A stretch of DNA of 58,104 nt, counting the filler, from Limisphaerales bacterium (GTDB lineage: Bacteria > Verrucomicrobiota > Verrucomicrobiia > Limisphaerales > SIBE01): the NCBI GenBank assembly GCA_044225505.1. It is 4 parts of 4 records of this genome, joined end to end, with 100 filler letters (N's around TTAATTAATTAA, not from the genome) between each part and the next. Parts side by side here need not be neighbours in the genome. Positions count along the whole stretch, not along the records: positions 14,851 to 30,100 come from JBGAIN010000195.1; positions 30,201 to 44,648 come from JBGAIN010000196.1; 2 more parts are not named here. The stretch is one strand, 5' to 3'. Numbering within the stretch: position 1 is the stretch's first letter; the number at the start of each line of letters is the position of its first letter. Positions 19,963 to 30,656 of this stretch are shown here, piece by piece. The notes below the pieces were generated by a model. That model worked only from the letters and a program-made list of their open reading frames with translations, was not told where the DNA came from and did not search any database. The translations under genes and the position numbers were made by a program.

Positions 19963-22365
19963 ATGAAAACCGTTTTGGTGTCCTGCTGGTTGGCAATAGC
20001 GTCGGTTGCTTCTCTAAACACATACGCTGGCGAGGAACAAGACCTCGTCGCGATTCTTAAAGGTTCGGACTCCGCAGCGCAGAAATGGACAGCCGCCCAG
20101 CGCTTGCGGGTGGCAGGCACGGCCAAGTCCATCCCAGCTTTGGCCGCGATGCTTCCCGACGAACGGGGATCCCAGGCCGCGCGACACGCGTTGGAAGGAA
20201 TGGCCATCCCCGAAGCCAGTGCCGCACTGCGGGACGCGTTGGGGACAACGTCCGGACTTCTGAAAGCCGGAGTGATCGAATCTCTCGGCTGGCGTCGCGA
20301 CGTTTCGGCTGTTTCCCTGCTAGCACCGCTTCTTTCTTCGTCCGAGCTCGGCATCGCTGCGGCTTCGGCCTCTGCTCTTGGCCGGATTGGGGGAGCTTCG
20401 GCCGCGACCGCGCTTTTGGCCGCGCGGGACAACTCCGAAGAGACTGTTCTGCCAGTCATCCGTGAAGCCCTGCTCAAGTGCGCAGAACGTTTGGTCGCGT
20501 ACGAAGATTTGGCCGGTGCCGCAGCAATCTACCGCACGCTCTTCAATTCTGCGGTGGGAACTTCAGTCCGAATGGCGGCGTGGCGGGGATTAGCCTTGAC
20601 GGACCTGCCCGGTCGAGTGGACCTGTTCTTGAAAGCCCTAACCGCATCGGATCGCGCTCTGCAGGTGGTGGCGCTGAAGACGCTCCGAGAACTGAAGGAT
20701 CCCGCGGTGATCGAGGCGGGGCGTAAGCAATGGTCGACACTGCCAGCCGAGGCGCAATTAGCGGTGTTGGAAAGCCGCCTGAGTTTTGGCGCGGCGGCGC
20801 TTCCGACCGTTCGGGCGGCGGCTCAAAGCCCGGACGCGGCACTCCGGACTGCAGCTTGGCAAGCTCTAGGAGAGCTGAACGATGTGACTGCCATACCGGC
20901 CCTGACGCGAGCGGCGGCTCAGGGCGAATCAGCGGAGCGCGATGCCGCTCGAGCGAGTCTTGCACGCCTGCGCGGTGAAGATGCCCGACGAGGGCTGACG
21001 AAATTTTTCGAGTGGGCCGACGTCGCGCAGAAAGCAGAGCTGCTTCGGGCTTTTGGGGAGCGCGGTGACCGGACGACGGTTGGCCTTCTTCTTGCCAGTG
21101 CGGCGTCTGAACTCCCGCCCGTGCGCGGAGCGGCCTTGCATTCGCTAACCATGCTTGCTCCTGCCGAGGCGATTTCTCCTCTGCTCGAGATCGCGGCCAA
21201 GTCGGCGTCGGAAGAGCGGCGCGATCCAGTGATCAAAGCCCTTTACGCCGTCTGCGAAGCCAGCGCCAACAAGGCACAAACCGCGCGTGATGTGGTGCAA
21301 GCGGTCGGGCGATTTCCCGGGCCGGAACGGCGCCAGGTCCTCCCGCTCCTGGCCGAGTTAGCAACGCCAGACTGCTTGGCCGCGGCCGAGACGGCGGCGC
21401 GCAGCCCGGACGGTGAGTTGGCTAAAGAGGCTGTCCGGGTTCTCACGCAATGGCCTAACTCGGCGCCCGCGGCGTCATTGCTCGACCTGGCGAAGACCAG
21501 CGGAGAGGGCACTCTTCAGACTCTGGCCTTACGCGGCGCGATCGCGGTCGTGGGGCAGGAGCCAGACTTGGGAAAGCGGATGACAATTCTGCAGCAAGCC
21601 TTCGGGATCGCACGCCGGTCGGACGAGAAGAAGCAGGCCCTGGGACAGATCGGCCAAATCCCAAACCGGGATGCTTTAGCGCTGGCGACAAAGTACCTTA
21701 CTGACACGGACCTCCGCGATGAAGCGTGTCTCGCCTCCATTGCGATTGCAGAGAAACTCACCTCCTCGGATCCGAAACTGGGCGACGAGGTTGCCTCGAA
21801 AGTCCTGGCGCAGGTCAAAGAGGGGGACGTAGCGCGCCGCGCGTGGGCACTGCGAATCAAACCGAGCAGCGGGGCCTCGTTCATCCGAGACTGGCTGGTT
21901 TCGGGACCCTATCGGCAGGCCGGCCTCGTAGGCGCTCAAGCCGTTTTTGGCGTGGCTTTCAACCCGGAAAAAGCCGGGCAGAAGGTCGAATGGAAAGCGG
22001 CACCTCCAGCGGATCATGCCAATTTGGCGGAGCTCTATCCGGGCGCAGAGAATTGCGTGGCTTATCTGAGGACGCATTTGATCGCGCCGGACGATGTTGC
22101 GGCGGTGCTCCTCATGGGAAGCGACGACGGGATTAAAGCCTGGTGCAATGGCGAGGTTGTGCACAGCAACAACGTCGATCGCGGCCAGGTCGTGGATCAG
22201 GATCCGGCGCCGATCAAGCTCAAGAAGGGTGTGAACGAGTTAATGCTCAAGGTCTCCCAAGGCGGTGGCGGGTGGTCCGCCTGCGCCCGAGTTGTCGGAG
22301 TGGACGGTAAGCCGATTGCCGGCCTCATGGTCGAGCGTCCGTTGCTCACACCTAGCCAACCTTAA
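19963..22365 (+). CDS. HEAT-repeat protein with C-terminal beta-sandwich domain
   Basis: Signal peptide; Ala/Leu-rich HEAT repeats; C-terminal WLVSGPY...GSDDGIKAWCNG...LKKGVNELMLKV. Confidence 0.8.
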   Translation: MKTVLVSCWLAIASVASLNTYAGEEQDLVAILKGSDSAAQKWTAAQRLRVAGTAKSIPALAAMLPDERGSQAARHALEGMAIPEASAALRDALGTTSGLLKAGVIESLGWRRDVSAVSLLAPLLSSSELGIAAASASALGRIGGASAATALLAARDNSEETVLPVIREALLKCAERLVAYEDLAGAAAIYRTLFNSAVGTSVRMAAWRGLALTDLPGRVDLFLKALTASDRALQVVALKTLRELKDPAVIEAGRKQWSTLPAEAQLAVLESRLSFGAAALPTVRAAAQSPDAALRTAAWQALGELNDVTAIPALTRAAAQGESAERDAARASLARLRGEDARRGLTKFFEWADVAQKAELLRAFGERGDRTTVGLLLASAASELPPVRGAALHSLTMLAPAEAISPLLEIAAKSASEERRDPVIKALYAVCEASANKAQTARDVVQAVGRFPGPERRQVLPLLAELATPDCLAAAETAARSPDGELAKEAVRVLTQWPNSAPAASLLDLAKTSGEGTLQTLALRGAIAVVGQEPDLGKRMTILQQAFGIARRSDEKKQALGQIGQIPNRDALALATKYLTDTDLRDEACLASIAIAEKLTSSDPKLGDEVASKVLAQVKEGDVARRAWALRIKPSSGASFIRDWLVSGPYRQAGLVGAQAVFGVAFNPEKAGQKVEWKAAPPADHANLAELYPGAENCVAYLRTHLIAPDDVAAVLLMGSDDGIKAWCNGEVVHSNNVDRGQVVDQDPAPIKLKKGVNELMLKVSQGGGGWSACARVVGVDGKPIAGLMVERPLLTPSQP

Positions 22366-22443
22366 CGCCTGGCGAAAAGCCGCCCCCCCCTGTGCGGTGG
22401 GACACACGTTGCGCCGTTGCGTGATTCGAGGCATTGGAGGGGA

Positions 22444-24003
22444 ATGCAGCCAGTCTTTGCCATTTCGATCTTGCTGGGCATCACGATTCAGGCGTATTCG
22501 GCAGATTGGCCGCAATATCTTGGCGCAGCGGGAGATAACAGTTCTCCTGAAACCATTCGGACGAATTGGACAGAACAGGCGCCGCGCGAGGTATGGCGTA
22601 AACCTATCGGCGCTGGTTTCAGCTCGATGGCTGTCGTCGGAAATCGAGTTTATACCCAGGCCAAGGAGACGGTAGGGGATGCGGCCCGCGAATTCTGTGT
22701 GGCGCTTGACGCGAGCACTGGAGAAGCCCTTTGGAAAGCAAACCTGGATGCCGCCGAATATACCAACCTTTCAGGATATCCCGATAGCATGGATGGTCCG
22801 AGGTCGACACCCACCGTCGAAGCAGGCCGGATTTACGTGCTAACCTCTCATCTGCAGCTCTACTGCCTCGACGCGACAAACGGAAAGACGATATGGCATC
22901 GAGATTTTCCATCGGAATTAGGCAGTCGCATGATCGATTGGGAGAACGCTGCGTCGCCTTTAGTGGTTGGTGACTTGATTCTCCTCAATTCGAACGTGCC
23001 AGGAAATCGCCTCATGGCAGTTCGCAAGTCGGATGGAGCGACTGTCTGGAGCGGTCAAGACGGACCGATGACCCACGCCACGCCGGTCTTCGCGCGTCTC
23101 GGTGATGTCGGACAAGTCATCTTTCTTACACTCAACGGATTGGTTTCAGTCGTTCCGGAATCCGGGGTCGTGCTCTGGAGTGTTCCCTTCGGTCCATCGT
23201 CGACCTCGACGGCAGCGTCGCCCTCTGTCAGTGGAGACCGCGTATACGCTTCGGCGGCCTACGGGTATGGAACCTGGATGAGTAAAGTGACAAAGACCGG
23301 TGATCGTTTCAACGCCTCTGAGGTTTGGCGGCAGCGAGGGACGACTTACCAGGCGCATTGGAGTACCCCCGTCGTCCAAGACGGGTTTATGTATTGTGTG
23401 CCCGCTCCATCTTCGGGCCAAGGCAGGCTGACTTGCTTGGATGTGGTCGGGGGCACCAACCGGTGGGCCCAGAGCAATGTGGGATCTGGCACGATGGGAT
23501 ACGGCAGTTTGATTCGTGCCGCCAACGTGCTGGTCGTCCTCACTGAAGGAGGCGAGTTAGTTTTGGTCGAGGCAAATCCGGTGGCTTACACCGAAGTCGC
23601 CAGGCTGAAGATCCTCGACGAGTATTGCTGGAACCATGCGACCCTGGCTGGTGGGCGGATTTTTGCCCGTAGCACGTCGAGCAAACCCGAGATCGTTGCC
23701 GTGGACGTCTCCGCTCCAGCTTCGCCCGCGACGCCATTGTCGCTCGGAGCGACCCGTGGCGCCAATGGCTCGACCCTGCAGCTGTCAATCAGTGCCATGG
23801 ACGGCGCGGCGCTTGAACCGTCGCGACTGAACGGGATTCAGGTCTTAACTTCGACCAACGTTGGTGCCCCAGTTGGAGAATGGTCGGTGGTTAATCCCGT
23901 CTTTATCCAAACTAACGGGATGTGGCTAACTGAGATCCTCGTGGGAACGAATCTCACGGAGTTTCTTCGAATTCGCGAGTCGACGGCCAGCGGAACGCCA
24001 TGA
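22444..24003 (+). CDS. PQQ-like (BamB-type) beta-propeller protein with verrucomicrobial-type C-terminal domain
   Basis: [35 protein letters not shown] repeats; C-terminal TSTNV...W...FLRIRE. Confidence 0.85.
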   Translation: MQPVFAISILLGITIQAYSADWPQYLGAAGDNSSPETIRTNWTEQAPREVWRKPIGAGFSSMAVVGNRVYTQAKETVGDAAREFCVALDASTGEALWKANLDAAEYTNLSGYPDSMDGPRSTPTVEAGRIYVLTSHLQLYCLDATNGKTIWHRDFPSELGSRMIDWENAASPLVVGDLILLNSNVPGNRLMAVRKSDGATVWSGQDGPMTHATPVFARLGDVGQVIFLTLNGLVSVVPESGVVLWSVPFGPSSTSTAASPSVSGDRVYASAAYGYGTWMSKVTKTGDRFNASEVWRQRGTTYQAHWSTPVVQDGFMYCVPAPSSGQGRLTCLDVVGGTNRWAQSNVGSGTMGYGSLIRAANVLVVLTEGGELVLVEANPVAYTEVARLKILDEYCWNHATLAGGRIFARSTSSKPEIVAVDVSAPASPATPLSLGATRGANGSTLQLSISAMDGAALEPSRLNGIQVLTSTNVGAPVGEWSVVNPVFIQTNGMWLTEILVGTNLTEFLRIRESTASGTP

Positions 24004-24812
24004 ACATGGAGAGAACGAGCTGGGTGGATGGACGGCCGAAAGCAGACTCGGGCGTCAGTCCACGCCTTGGGTCAGAACCGCGGGCTTTCACGCTGATTGA
24101 ATTGCTGGTCGTCATCGCCATCATCGCCCTCCTGGCGTCCATGTTGCTTCCGGCCTTGTCCAGTGCCAAGGAACGCGCCAAACGGGCGGCCTGTGTTAAC
24201 AACGAACGTCAGTTCGTTTTGGCGACGCATCTCTACGCTGGCGACAATGACGAAAAACTGCCACCGGGCGGCACCGACAATCGCAATCAGGAAGACACGC
24301 ACACGCCCATCTTATCGAACCAATCGAAAACGAACTTGCTACGCTACGCCTCGGAATTGAAATCCCTCGACTGTCCGAGTCTGGCGTTTTGGATGGAGAA
24401 GCGGGACGGGTGGCGTGTGCACGACGACTACGGTGTGGCCATTGGCTATCATTATTTGGGCGGCCATCCTGGCACGCCCTGGGCGGCAGTTCCTGGCACG
24501 ACCAATCAATGGCAATCCCCACAGAACACAGGCGCCGATCCGACCCTCGTCCTGGTGGCGGACCTCAACGTCTATGCTTACAGCTTTCAACGAATCCTAG
24601 CTCCCCACGCCGCGCGCGGCCCGGTCGTCAAGGACGAGAGCTACTTCGATAGCACGGACGCCGCTTACAATCAGACTCCAAAAGAAATCGGTGCCCAAGG
24701 TGGGAATGTCGCGCTGCTGGATGGTTCGGTCGCTTGGCGTGGTATCAAGCAGATGAAAACCTATCGCGCGTCGCACCTTTGGGACGCGGACGGGGCCTTC
24801 GGAAACTGGTAA
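24000..24812 (+). CDS. Prepilin-type N-terminal cleavage/methylation domain protein (DUF1559-like)
   Basis: [41 protein letters not shown]-terminal [15 protein letters not shown] overlap with upstream gene. Confidence 0.9.
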   Translation: MNMERTSWVDGRPKADSGVSPRLGSEPRAFTLIELLVVIAIIALLASMLLPALSSAKERAKRAACVNNERQFVLATHLYAGDNDEKLPPGGTDNRNQEDTHTPILSNQSKTNLLRYASELKSLDCPSLAFWMEKRDGWRVHDDYGVAIGYHYLGGHPGTPWAAVPGTTNQWQSPQNTGADPTLVLVADLNVYAYSFQRILAPHAARGPVVKDESYFDSTDAAYNQTPKEIGAQGGNVALLDGSVAWRGIKQMKTYRASHLWDADGAFGNW

Positions 24813-24862
24813 CCCGTAAAGGCCCTTGCTGGGCATGCCAGCGGTGGATCCCCTGCCTTTAA

Positions 24863-27302
24863 TTACTCAAAGGCGACCTTCCAAGAAGCGAAAATCCCGT
24901 GCGCTGCGTAGTTGCGTGCGCCGTTGCTGGTTGGTTCATCGTAGTAAAAGAAGCCGTATTGCAGCGCCGCGGTCATCCGCGGGTTGAAGCGATGATGCAG
25001 GCCGGCCAAAATGCCGTGGCGATCGTAGCGAATGCCGAGCGGTAATCCGTCAACCTCATTATCCTGCCGGTAATCAGCTCGCGAAAAGGAGTAGGTTAAA
25101 GTCCAGTCCGTATTGGTCGTTAGGATTAGGTTTGCTGTGCCCAGGACGCTGTAGATATCGCCTTGGTAGGGCGCGAGCCCAGAGCGGCCATCGACTCCCG
25201 TAATCGTCCGGGTATCGCTATAGGAGAATGTAGTTGCAAGATGCAGCCGCCTCCAAGGTGTCAATGTCACACCCAAGCTATAAATACTGGCATCGTAATC
25301 GCCGGCAAGAATGGAGCCCCCTGGCACTGGTGTTCCTGTGCCCAACAACACTCCGCTATCTGTTTCCGTGCGAAAATCAGTCGCGATTCGCTGGTATTTC
25401 AGGGTCGTTCGCAGCCACGAGACCGGTCGAAGGATAAGCCGCGCTTCCACTCCATCTGTATCGATGTGGCGTTGTCTGAAAAACGCGGGATATCCATTCG
25501 GTGGATCGAAGCCTGGGATCGGTGAGACAATCCCGGGAGGCCCGTCGACGGAATGCTCGTATTCGGTCGTCTCCGCGCTATGGCGATAGCTCGCTTCCAA
25601 TGAGACTGGCGTCCACGGAGAAATGCTGAAGCCAGTCCGCACATCTGCCAGACGAATCGTTGCGTCGGTGTCCCGGAGAAAGTCGAGCGTCTCCAAGCTA
25701 TTCTCATCGCGTTCAAAGAAATCGATCCACTCCTGGCGGAAGCGGGATTCCGCAAAGAGGACCGTCCACGGGATTTGTGTATAGCGAAGCCCGAGGTCTT
25801 CCTGGAGAATTGCTTTGTCCCGCTGTGAGTTGTAAAGGTGCTGAATTGGGGGGAGCGTGGGATCTGCAATCCGAAGGAGGCCCTCACCGAATCCTTCCTC
25901 GTGTGTCCATTCGTTCTGCAGTCCTGCGGTCAGGCTGAGCCCCTCCCATGGCCCCCAAAGGGAACTGAGGTTGTAGACGTGAGACTCACGTTCCAGGGTA
26001 ATGGGATGGCTCGTGTCCCCCGGAAATGCAAGGGAGGTGGCTGTTGCCGGATCGAAGAGTTGCTGGCTCAGGCCACCATCGCCGTCCAGTTTGGAATAGA
26101 GGTAACCGCCGCCTAACAACAGCCAGTCTTTCACTTGCTTCTCGACGCGCAAAGCGTTCACAGCTTGGAAGTGCCGATATTTCTCCTGGAACCGCATACC
26201 GAGCGCTGGCGCAACCTGAACACTGGACGGCAGAAACTCGATCCGGTCGTTGTTCAAGTCGTAAAACTCCACCCGCAAGCTATCATCGACGGCAAATCCG
26301 CCAATCTCGTGCGTGACATCCAATTTGAGGATATGGACCTTTTCGTCGATGTCTTTATACGCAGGAAAAATCGCCCGTGCGTCCGCTGACGCGGGATCAG
26401 GCGTAACATCTCCCCAGGCCAAGCTCGATTTGGCCCCTTCTTTGAACTGGTATTCGTATCCAAGGACGGCTTTGGGCCAATGGGGAAGGGTCAAGCCCAC
26501 ATCAAACCAGGCCCGGCCAATGTCCACTTGCAGGTCTTTCCCCAACCCGATCGGATCGATGCCGTAAGGAACATAGAACCCGCCGGTGTCATCGTAGTAT
26601 CTCCGATATTGCTCAAAACCGAAGCGCATGAATCCGAGGTCAGGTTTCTGCAAATTCAACTTGAGTTGATAGTCGTTCTGGTTGGCTACGACTCGGCCTT
26701 CCGCGTCCAATCGAATGCCGTCCGCGGTGCGTTCTTGCAGTTGGAATTCCTGGATCCCACCGGACCAGCCTTCGCGCAGTCCCCATTGCTCACGGAACTC
26801 CTGACGATTCCCGCTCACTCAATCCAGGCGAACGAAGGCTGAACCGAGAAGAGGGCCTTCGACTTTACTTCGCCTGACCCATGCGCCCCCTGATCGATCC
26901 AAGCGCGGAGCAGGCCGATTTCGGCCGGGGTGAGCGGATCTCCTTTGCCCGCCAGGGCATTTCCATGTCCGGCACCAAGCGAGCGACGTAATGGATCAAG
27001 GGACTTTTGCTGCTTTGACCGGGCAAAATAGCCACACCTTGGTCTCCTCCTTTGAGAGCGGCCTTGAGATTGTCCAACTGGAATCCGCTCTTGGGTCGTT
27101 CTGGACCGTGGCATCGGTAACAGCGTGCCTGGAAGATCGGTTGAATCTCTCGTGCAAAGTCGACCGGACCGGGATGCGGTGGAGGTAGCTTTGCTTCGTC
27201 GATGCTCGCGGCTGGTTCCGCGGCCGCTGCGCCGATCACGCCTCCCGCGAGCAGTCCGAGCCAGCGAAGACGGTTTTTAAAACATCGGCGGAGCGGTATC
27301 AT
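24863..27302 (-). CDS. Putative fusion of signal peptide + planctomycete-type monoheme cytochrome c + MtrB/PioB-like outer-membrane beta-barrel (two 1-nt frameshifts near 26956 and 26820)
   Basis: VDFAREIQPIFQARCYRCHG...DMEMP in one frame, GKGDPLTPAEIGLLRAWIDQGA...FAWI in the next, VSGNRQEFRE...YSFSRADY...ASWKVAFE (about 650 aa of amphipathic strands) in the third. Confidence 0.72.
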
Positions 27303-27319
27303 GAAGCGAGGGGGGAAGC

Positions 27320-28105
27320 TCAGTAGTGAAACTTCGCGCTGATGTTCGAGCCGTGCACGGATGGATGACAACCGGCGCTCCAGCACGTGCGGCTTCGCAA
27401 AAAGCTCGAATGATCGAACTTTCCAATCGCGACGGCGCCAGGGCCATCTTGCACCTGGGCGTGGCACTTCAAGCAAAGGTTGTTATCCCGTTGGACCAGC
27501 AGCTTTTGGCTCACCGAGCCGTGCGGGGTATGACAAACGGTGCAACCCTCCCAGAGCGCCTGATGTTCGAAAACGAACGGACGCGTCTGGTCTCGGTGGC
27601 ATCCGCTGCAGGTCTCGTTTCGCCGGGCCATCGCCAGCCCTGTGGCCGGTTTCTTGATGTCATGACCGTGCGGATCATGGCAAGAAACGCAACTCAGCTT
27701 CCCTTCCACCACCGGATGATGAAACGGCAAGTTCAACTCGGCATGCGTCGAAAGGTGGCATTGGTAACAAACCGAGGGGTCTTTGCCTGGATTGATGATG
27801 AACTTGCCGCGGCCGCCTCCGCCGCTGATGTGCAAGCTGCCCGCGCCGTGGCATGATTCGCAACCTGTGCGGCCCGCTGCCGTCAAATCATCCCGATGAA
27901 AGCGAGCATGCGGGCTCGCAGGGAAGGCTCGAGCAATGTTCGTGTGACACTCCGCACAGGCTTTATTACCGACAAATGCAGCTCCTTCAATCTGAGGCGG
28001 GTCCGCCACGGTTCGTTCCAAGCTAGAACAAGAAGTCAGGACCAAACCGGCTAGAGCCAGTATCCCGAGGACAGCGGCGGAAGTGAGCCAAATTCGTTTT
28101 GCCAT
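27320..28105 (-). CDS. DmsE/MtrA-like multiheme cytochrome c lipoprotein (7 CxxCH + 1 CX4CH)
   Basis: LTSC lipobox; CAECH, CESCH, CYQCH, CVSCH, CSGCH, CTVCH, CLKCH, CWSAGCH; PFVFEH, HTPHGS, VHGSN motifs. Confidence 0.88.
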   Translation of the reverse strand: MAKRIWLTSAAVLGILALAGLVLTSCSSLERTVADPPQIEGAAFVGNKACAECHTNIARAFPASPHARFHRDDLTAAGRTGCESCHGAGSLHISGGGGRGKFIINPGKDPSVCYQCHLSTHAELNLPFHHPVVEGKLSCVSCHDPHGHDIKKPATGLAMARRNETCSGCHRDQTRPFVFEHQALWEGCTVCHTPHGSVSQKLLVQRDNNLCLKCHAQVQDGPGAVAIGKFDHSSFLRSRTCWSAGCHPSVHGSNISAKFHY

Positions 28106-28392
28106 CAGCGCTTGCCATTGAGAGGCGCGAAAGCCGCTGTCGGTTCCCGGAATTCGTAAACAATATCGGTCGGCCCGTTACCAGCCGCTCAGCGCCTACG
28201 TTTTTACCCTGGTTTCAGACGCCTAACTGGTTGGCCGTGAATGAAACAGCGGCTGGTTGGAAGATCGACGGCGCGGCGCAGGGAAAAGCCGAAATCGGAT
28301 TCAGGCCATCGCCCGATTGTTCCGGCGAGTAAAGAGTCTACGGTGACCGGTCACATAGCGGCTATAACTTAAATAACAGAAGGAAATCGATT

Positions 28393-28932
28393 ATGAGCGG
28401 ATTACGTGAAACGTTTGTGGAAGAGTTGAAAGACTTGTACGATGCTGAGAAACAGCTTTTGAAAGCGCTCCCAAAGATGGTTAAGGCAGCGCAGAACGAG
28501 GAACTCAAAGCTGCATTTGAGCAACACCTAGAGGAAACAGAAACCCATGTCGAACGGTTGGAGAAAGTGTTCGAAGCGTTCGACGAAGCGCCTAAGTCAA
28601 AGAAGTGCAAGGCCATGCAAGGGTTAGTGGAGGAAGCCCAGGAGCTCATCAAAGAAGACGAAGGCGACGCCGCTCTTATCTGCGCCGCGCAAAAGGTGGA
28701 GCACTACGAAATCGCTTCCTATGGATCCCTGCGAGCCTGGGCCGAACTCCTTGAACAAGAGGAAGCCCTGGATTTGCTCCAGGAAACCCTGGACGAAGAG
28801 AAGGCTACGGACGAGAAGTTGACGGAGATCGCGGAGACTGCAGCCAATCCCGAGGCGGAATCCGAAGAAGGTGCTGAAAGCGAAGAAGCATCAGAAGAGG
28901 AAGGGCAAAGCAGCCGTTCTCGCAAGAAATAA
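28393..28932 (+). CDS. yciF: Ferritin-like DUF892 (YciE/YciF) stress protein
   Basis: ELKDLYDAEKQL, HLEETETHVERLE, KCKAMQGLVEE, AQKVEHYEIASYG, EEKATDEKLT. Confidence 0.88.
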   Translation: MSGLRETFVEELKDLYDAEKQLLKALPKMVKAAQNEELKAAFEQHLEETETHVERLEKVFEAFDEAPKSKKCKAMQGLVEEAQELIKEDEGDAALICAAQKVEHYEIASYGSLRAWAELLEQEEALDLLQETLDEEKATDEKLTEIAETAANPEAESEEGAESEEASEEEGQSSRSRKK

Positions 28933-28963
28933 TCTGACTGCCGGAACAATCCGGTCGAAAAGT

Positions 28964-29003
28964 GCAAGTCCAGCGGCTTTCAAGTCGTTGGACTTTGCGT
29001 TTT
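28964..29003 (+). terminator. Probable terminator hairpin after yciF
   Basis: AAGTCCAGCGGCT / AGTCGTTGGACTT stem with G-U pairs, followed by GCGTTTTG. Confidence 0.55.
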
Positions 29004-29100
29004 GTGGACATTCCCGGCCCGCGTGCCAGCCCTGGGACCGGGGCGGACGATGGTAGCCGCAGCCTATGATTCACCCCCTGACCATTACGGCGGCTTCTTC

Positions 29101-29303
29101 GGGCGTGATTAAAATTGGGAGAGATTAAGGACCGCGGCGGTGTCGTCAGACCAGCCGCAGAATTTCCGCCTTTTCAAGAACTCCTCGAACAACACGAGGT
29201 GTTTTCGCGGACACGAAGCTGCTGCGGCTAGGCATCGTCGGACTCGCCATAGCCGCGCCCCGTGGAATATTGCGGCTGACCTCACCCACTTTAATTCATG
29301 CCC
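29101..29303. mobile_element. MITE-like non-autonomous element (203 bp)
   Basis: Imperfect 23-bp TIRs (GGGCGTGATTAAAATTGGGAGAG vs reverse complement of 29281-29303, 18/23) flanked by exact 9-bp direct repeat GGCTTCTTC (29092-29100, 29304-29312). Confidence 0.7.
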
Positions 29304-29392
29304 GGCTTCTTCCTCCGCCTGAAGCGGAAGTTGAATTTACCCGGTTTCTTCCTAAGGATGGAGCGAGGCGACAAAATGTTTTGCCTCTCTCT

Positions 29393-30100
29393 ATGCAGCC
29401 AATGACTTACTCGGCGCTCCTTAGGAGCCTGTTAAAGAATCAGCATGGGCCCTGCGGCGAGGGATTTTGGCTTCGGACTGGGAAAGGATGGGCCGCGCGC
29501 ACTGCTCGGCGCCAGTCCTACGGGTGGGCGGTGGTTTGGGCTTTGATGGCATTGTGTCCCGCCCCGACGATCGCGATCGAAGCGAATCCACTCTCTCCCC
29601 CGGATGCCCTCCATCAATTCCAATTGGAGCCAGGGTATCGCATCGATCTGATCGCGGCAGAACCGGTTGTGCAATCCCCATGCGCCTTGGCCTGGGATGA
29701 AGCGGGCCGGCTTTTTGTCGCCGAGAATCGAGGGTATCCCACCGGTGCGCCGGACGGATCTCCGCAAGGACGCATCGCCCGATTGGATTGGGACCACAAC
29801 GTGTTCCCAGTGGCGACGCGCACCGAGTACGCCCACGACTTGATGTTTCCCAACGGACTGCTCCCTTGGCGGGACGGTCTCCTGGTGACGGACGCGCCCA
29901 ATCTCTATTGGCTCGCCGACACTAACCAGGATGGCATCTCGGACGTCCGCGAAATATGGTTCACGGGTTTCGCAACGAATCAAACCACTCAACTCCGCGC
30001 GTGTTACCCGACCTTGGGGCCGGATGGCTGGATTTACGTTTCCCGCGGCTGGAGTGGTGGCGTGATCCGTTCACCGAAATGGCCACACCTCCGTCCGGTC
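29393..30100 (+). CDS. PVC-type membrane-bound dehydrogenase domain protein (glucose/sorbosone dehydrogenase-like), 3' truncated; start uncertain
   Basis: FQLEPGYRIDLIAAEPVVQSPCALAWDEAGRLFVAENRGYP; LADTNQDGISD; LGPDGWIY. Confidence 0.8.
29422..29472 (+). repeat. Dispersed repeat, copy 1 (likely end of an IS-derived element)
   Basis: 46/51 identical to 52677-52727, which is on another contig. Confidence 0.75.
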
Positions 30101-30200
30101 NNNNNNNNNNNNNNNNNNNNNNNNNNNNNNNNNNNNNNNNNNNNTTAATTAATTAANNNNNNNNNNNNNNNNNNNNNNNNNNNNNNNNNNNNNNNNNNNN
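30101..30200. other. Artificial contig linker
   Basis: N44-TTAATTAATTAA-N44. Confidence 0.97.
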
Positions 30201-30641
30201 ATGCAAGAACTGGAACAGCGTCGGGGCAGTCTTCCGAGTGCCAGCGACGTGGCTCAGGCGATGGGAATGCCGCTTGCCGAGTACGAATCATTACTTGAGG
30301 AGATCCGCCCGGCGACGTTCGTATGTTTGGATTCAGCGTCTAGTCCCGAGGATTCCGGCGAGGGAGACCGCTATGAGCATATCGCTGACGAATCACAACG
30401 GAACCCTCTCGATTGCGCGGCACGGCGCGAGTTAACGGAAATGGTTGCGCGACGATTGCAGCAGTTACCTGAGGCGCAGCGCAAAGTTCTCGCCCTCTAC
30501 TATTTTGAAGACATGCGGTTGCGTGAGATCGCCGAAGTATTTGGCGTTACCGAATCGCGCATTTGTCAAATTCACGCGCAGGCAATCCTGGCGATTCGCT
30601 GCTTTCTGGAGAAACACGGAACGGCTGCAGTGTCGCCGTAG
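30201..30641 (+). CDS. fliA: FliA/WhiG family sigma-28 factor, 5' truncated
   Basis: Region 4 LALYYFEDMRLREIAEVFGVTESRICQIH; heads the flagellar cluster. Confidence 0.88.
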   Translation: MQELEQRRGSLPSASDVAQAMGMPLAEYESLLEEIRPATFVCLDSASSPEDSGEGDRYEHIADESQRNPLDCAARRELTEMVARRLQQLPEAQRKVLALYYFEDMRLREIAEVFGVTESRICQIHAQAILAIRCFLEKHGTAAVSP

Positions 30642-30656
30642 GCAAGAATTGATCTC

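Noticed and set aside
26815..26960. Selenocysteine at TGA 26815-26817 or programmed frameshifting in the cytochrome-barrel gene
   Set aside because: Continuation needs a frame change, not readthrough; no slippery heptamer; similar indels elsewhere on the contig suggest sequencing error
28106..28392. Riboswitch upstream of the multiheme cytochrome (AGCCGCTGT...ACAGCGGCT inverted repeat)
   Set aside because: Only a 9-bp inverted repeat; no riboswitch consensus recognised
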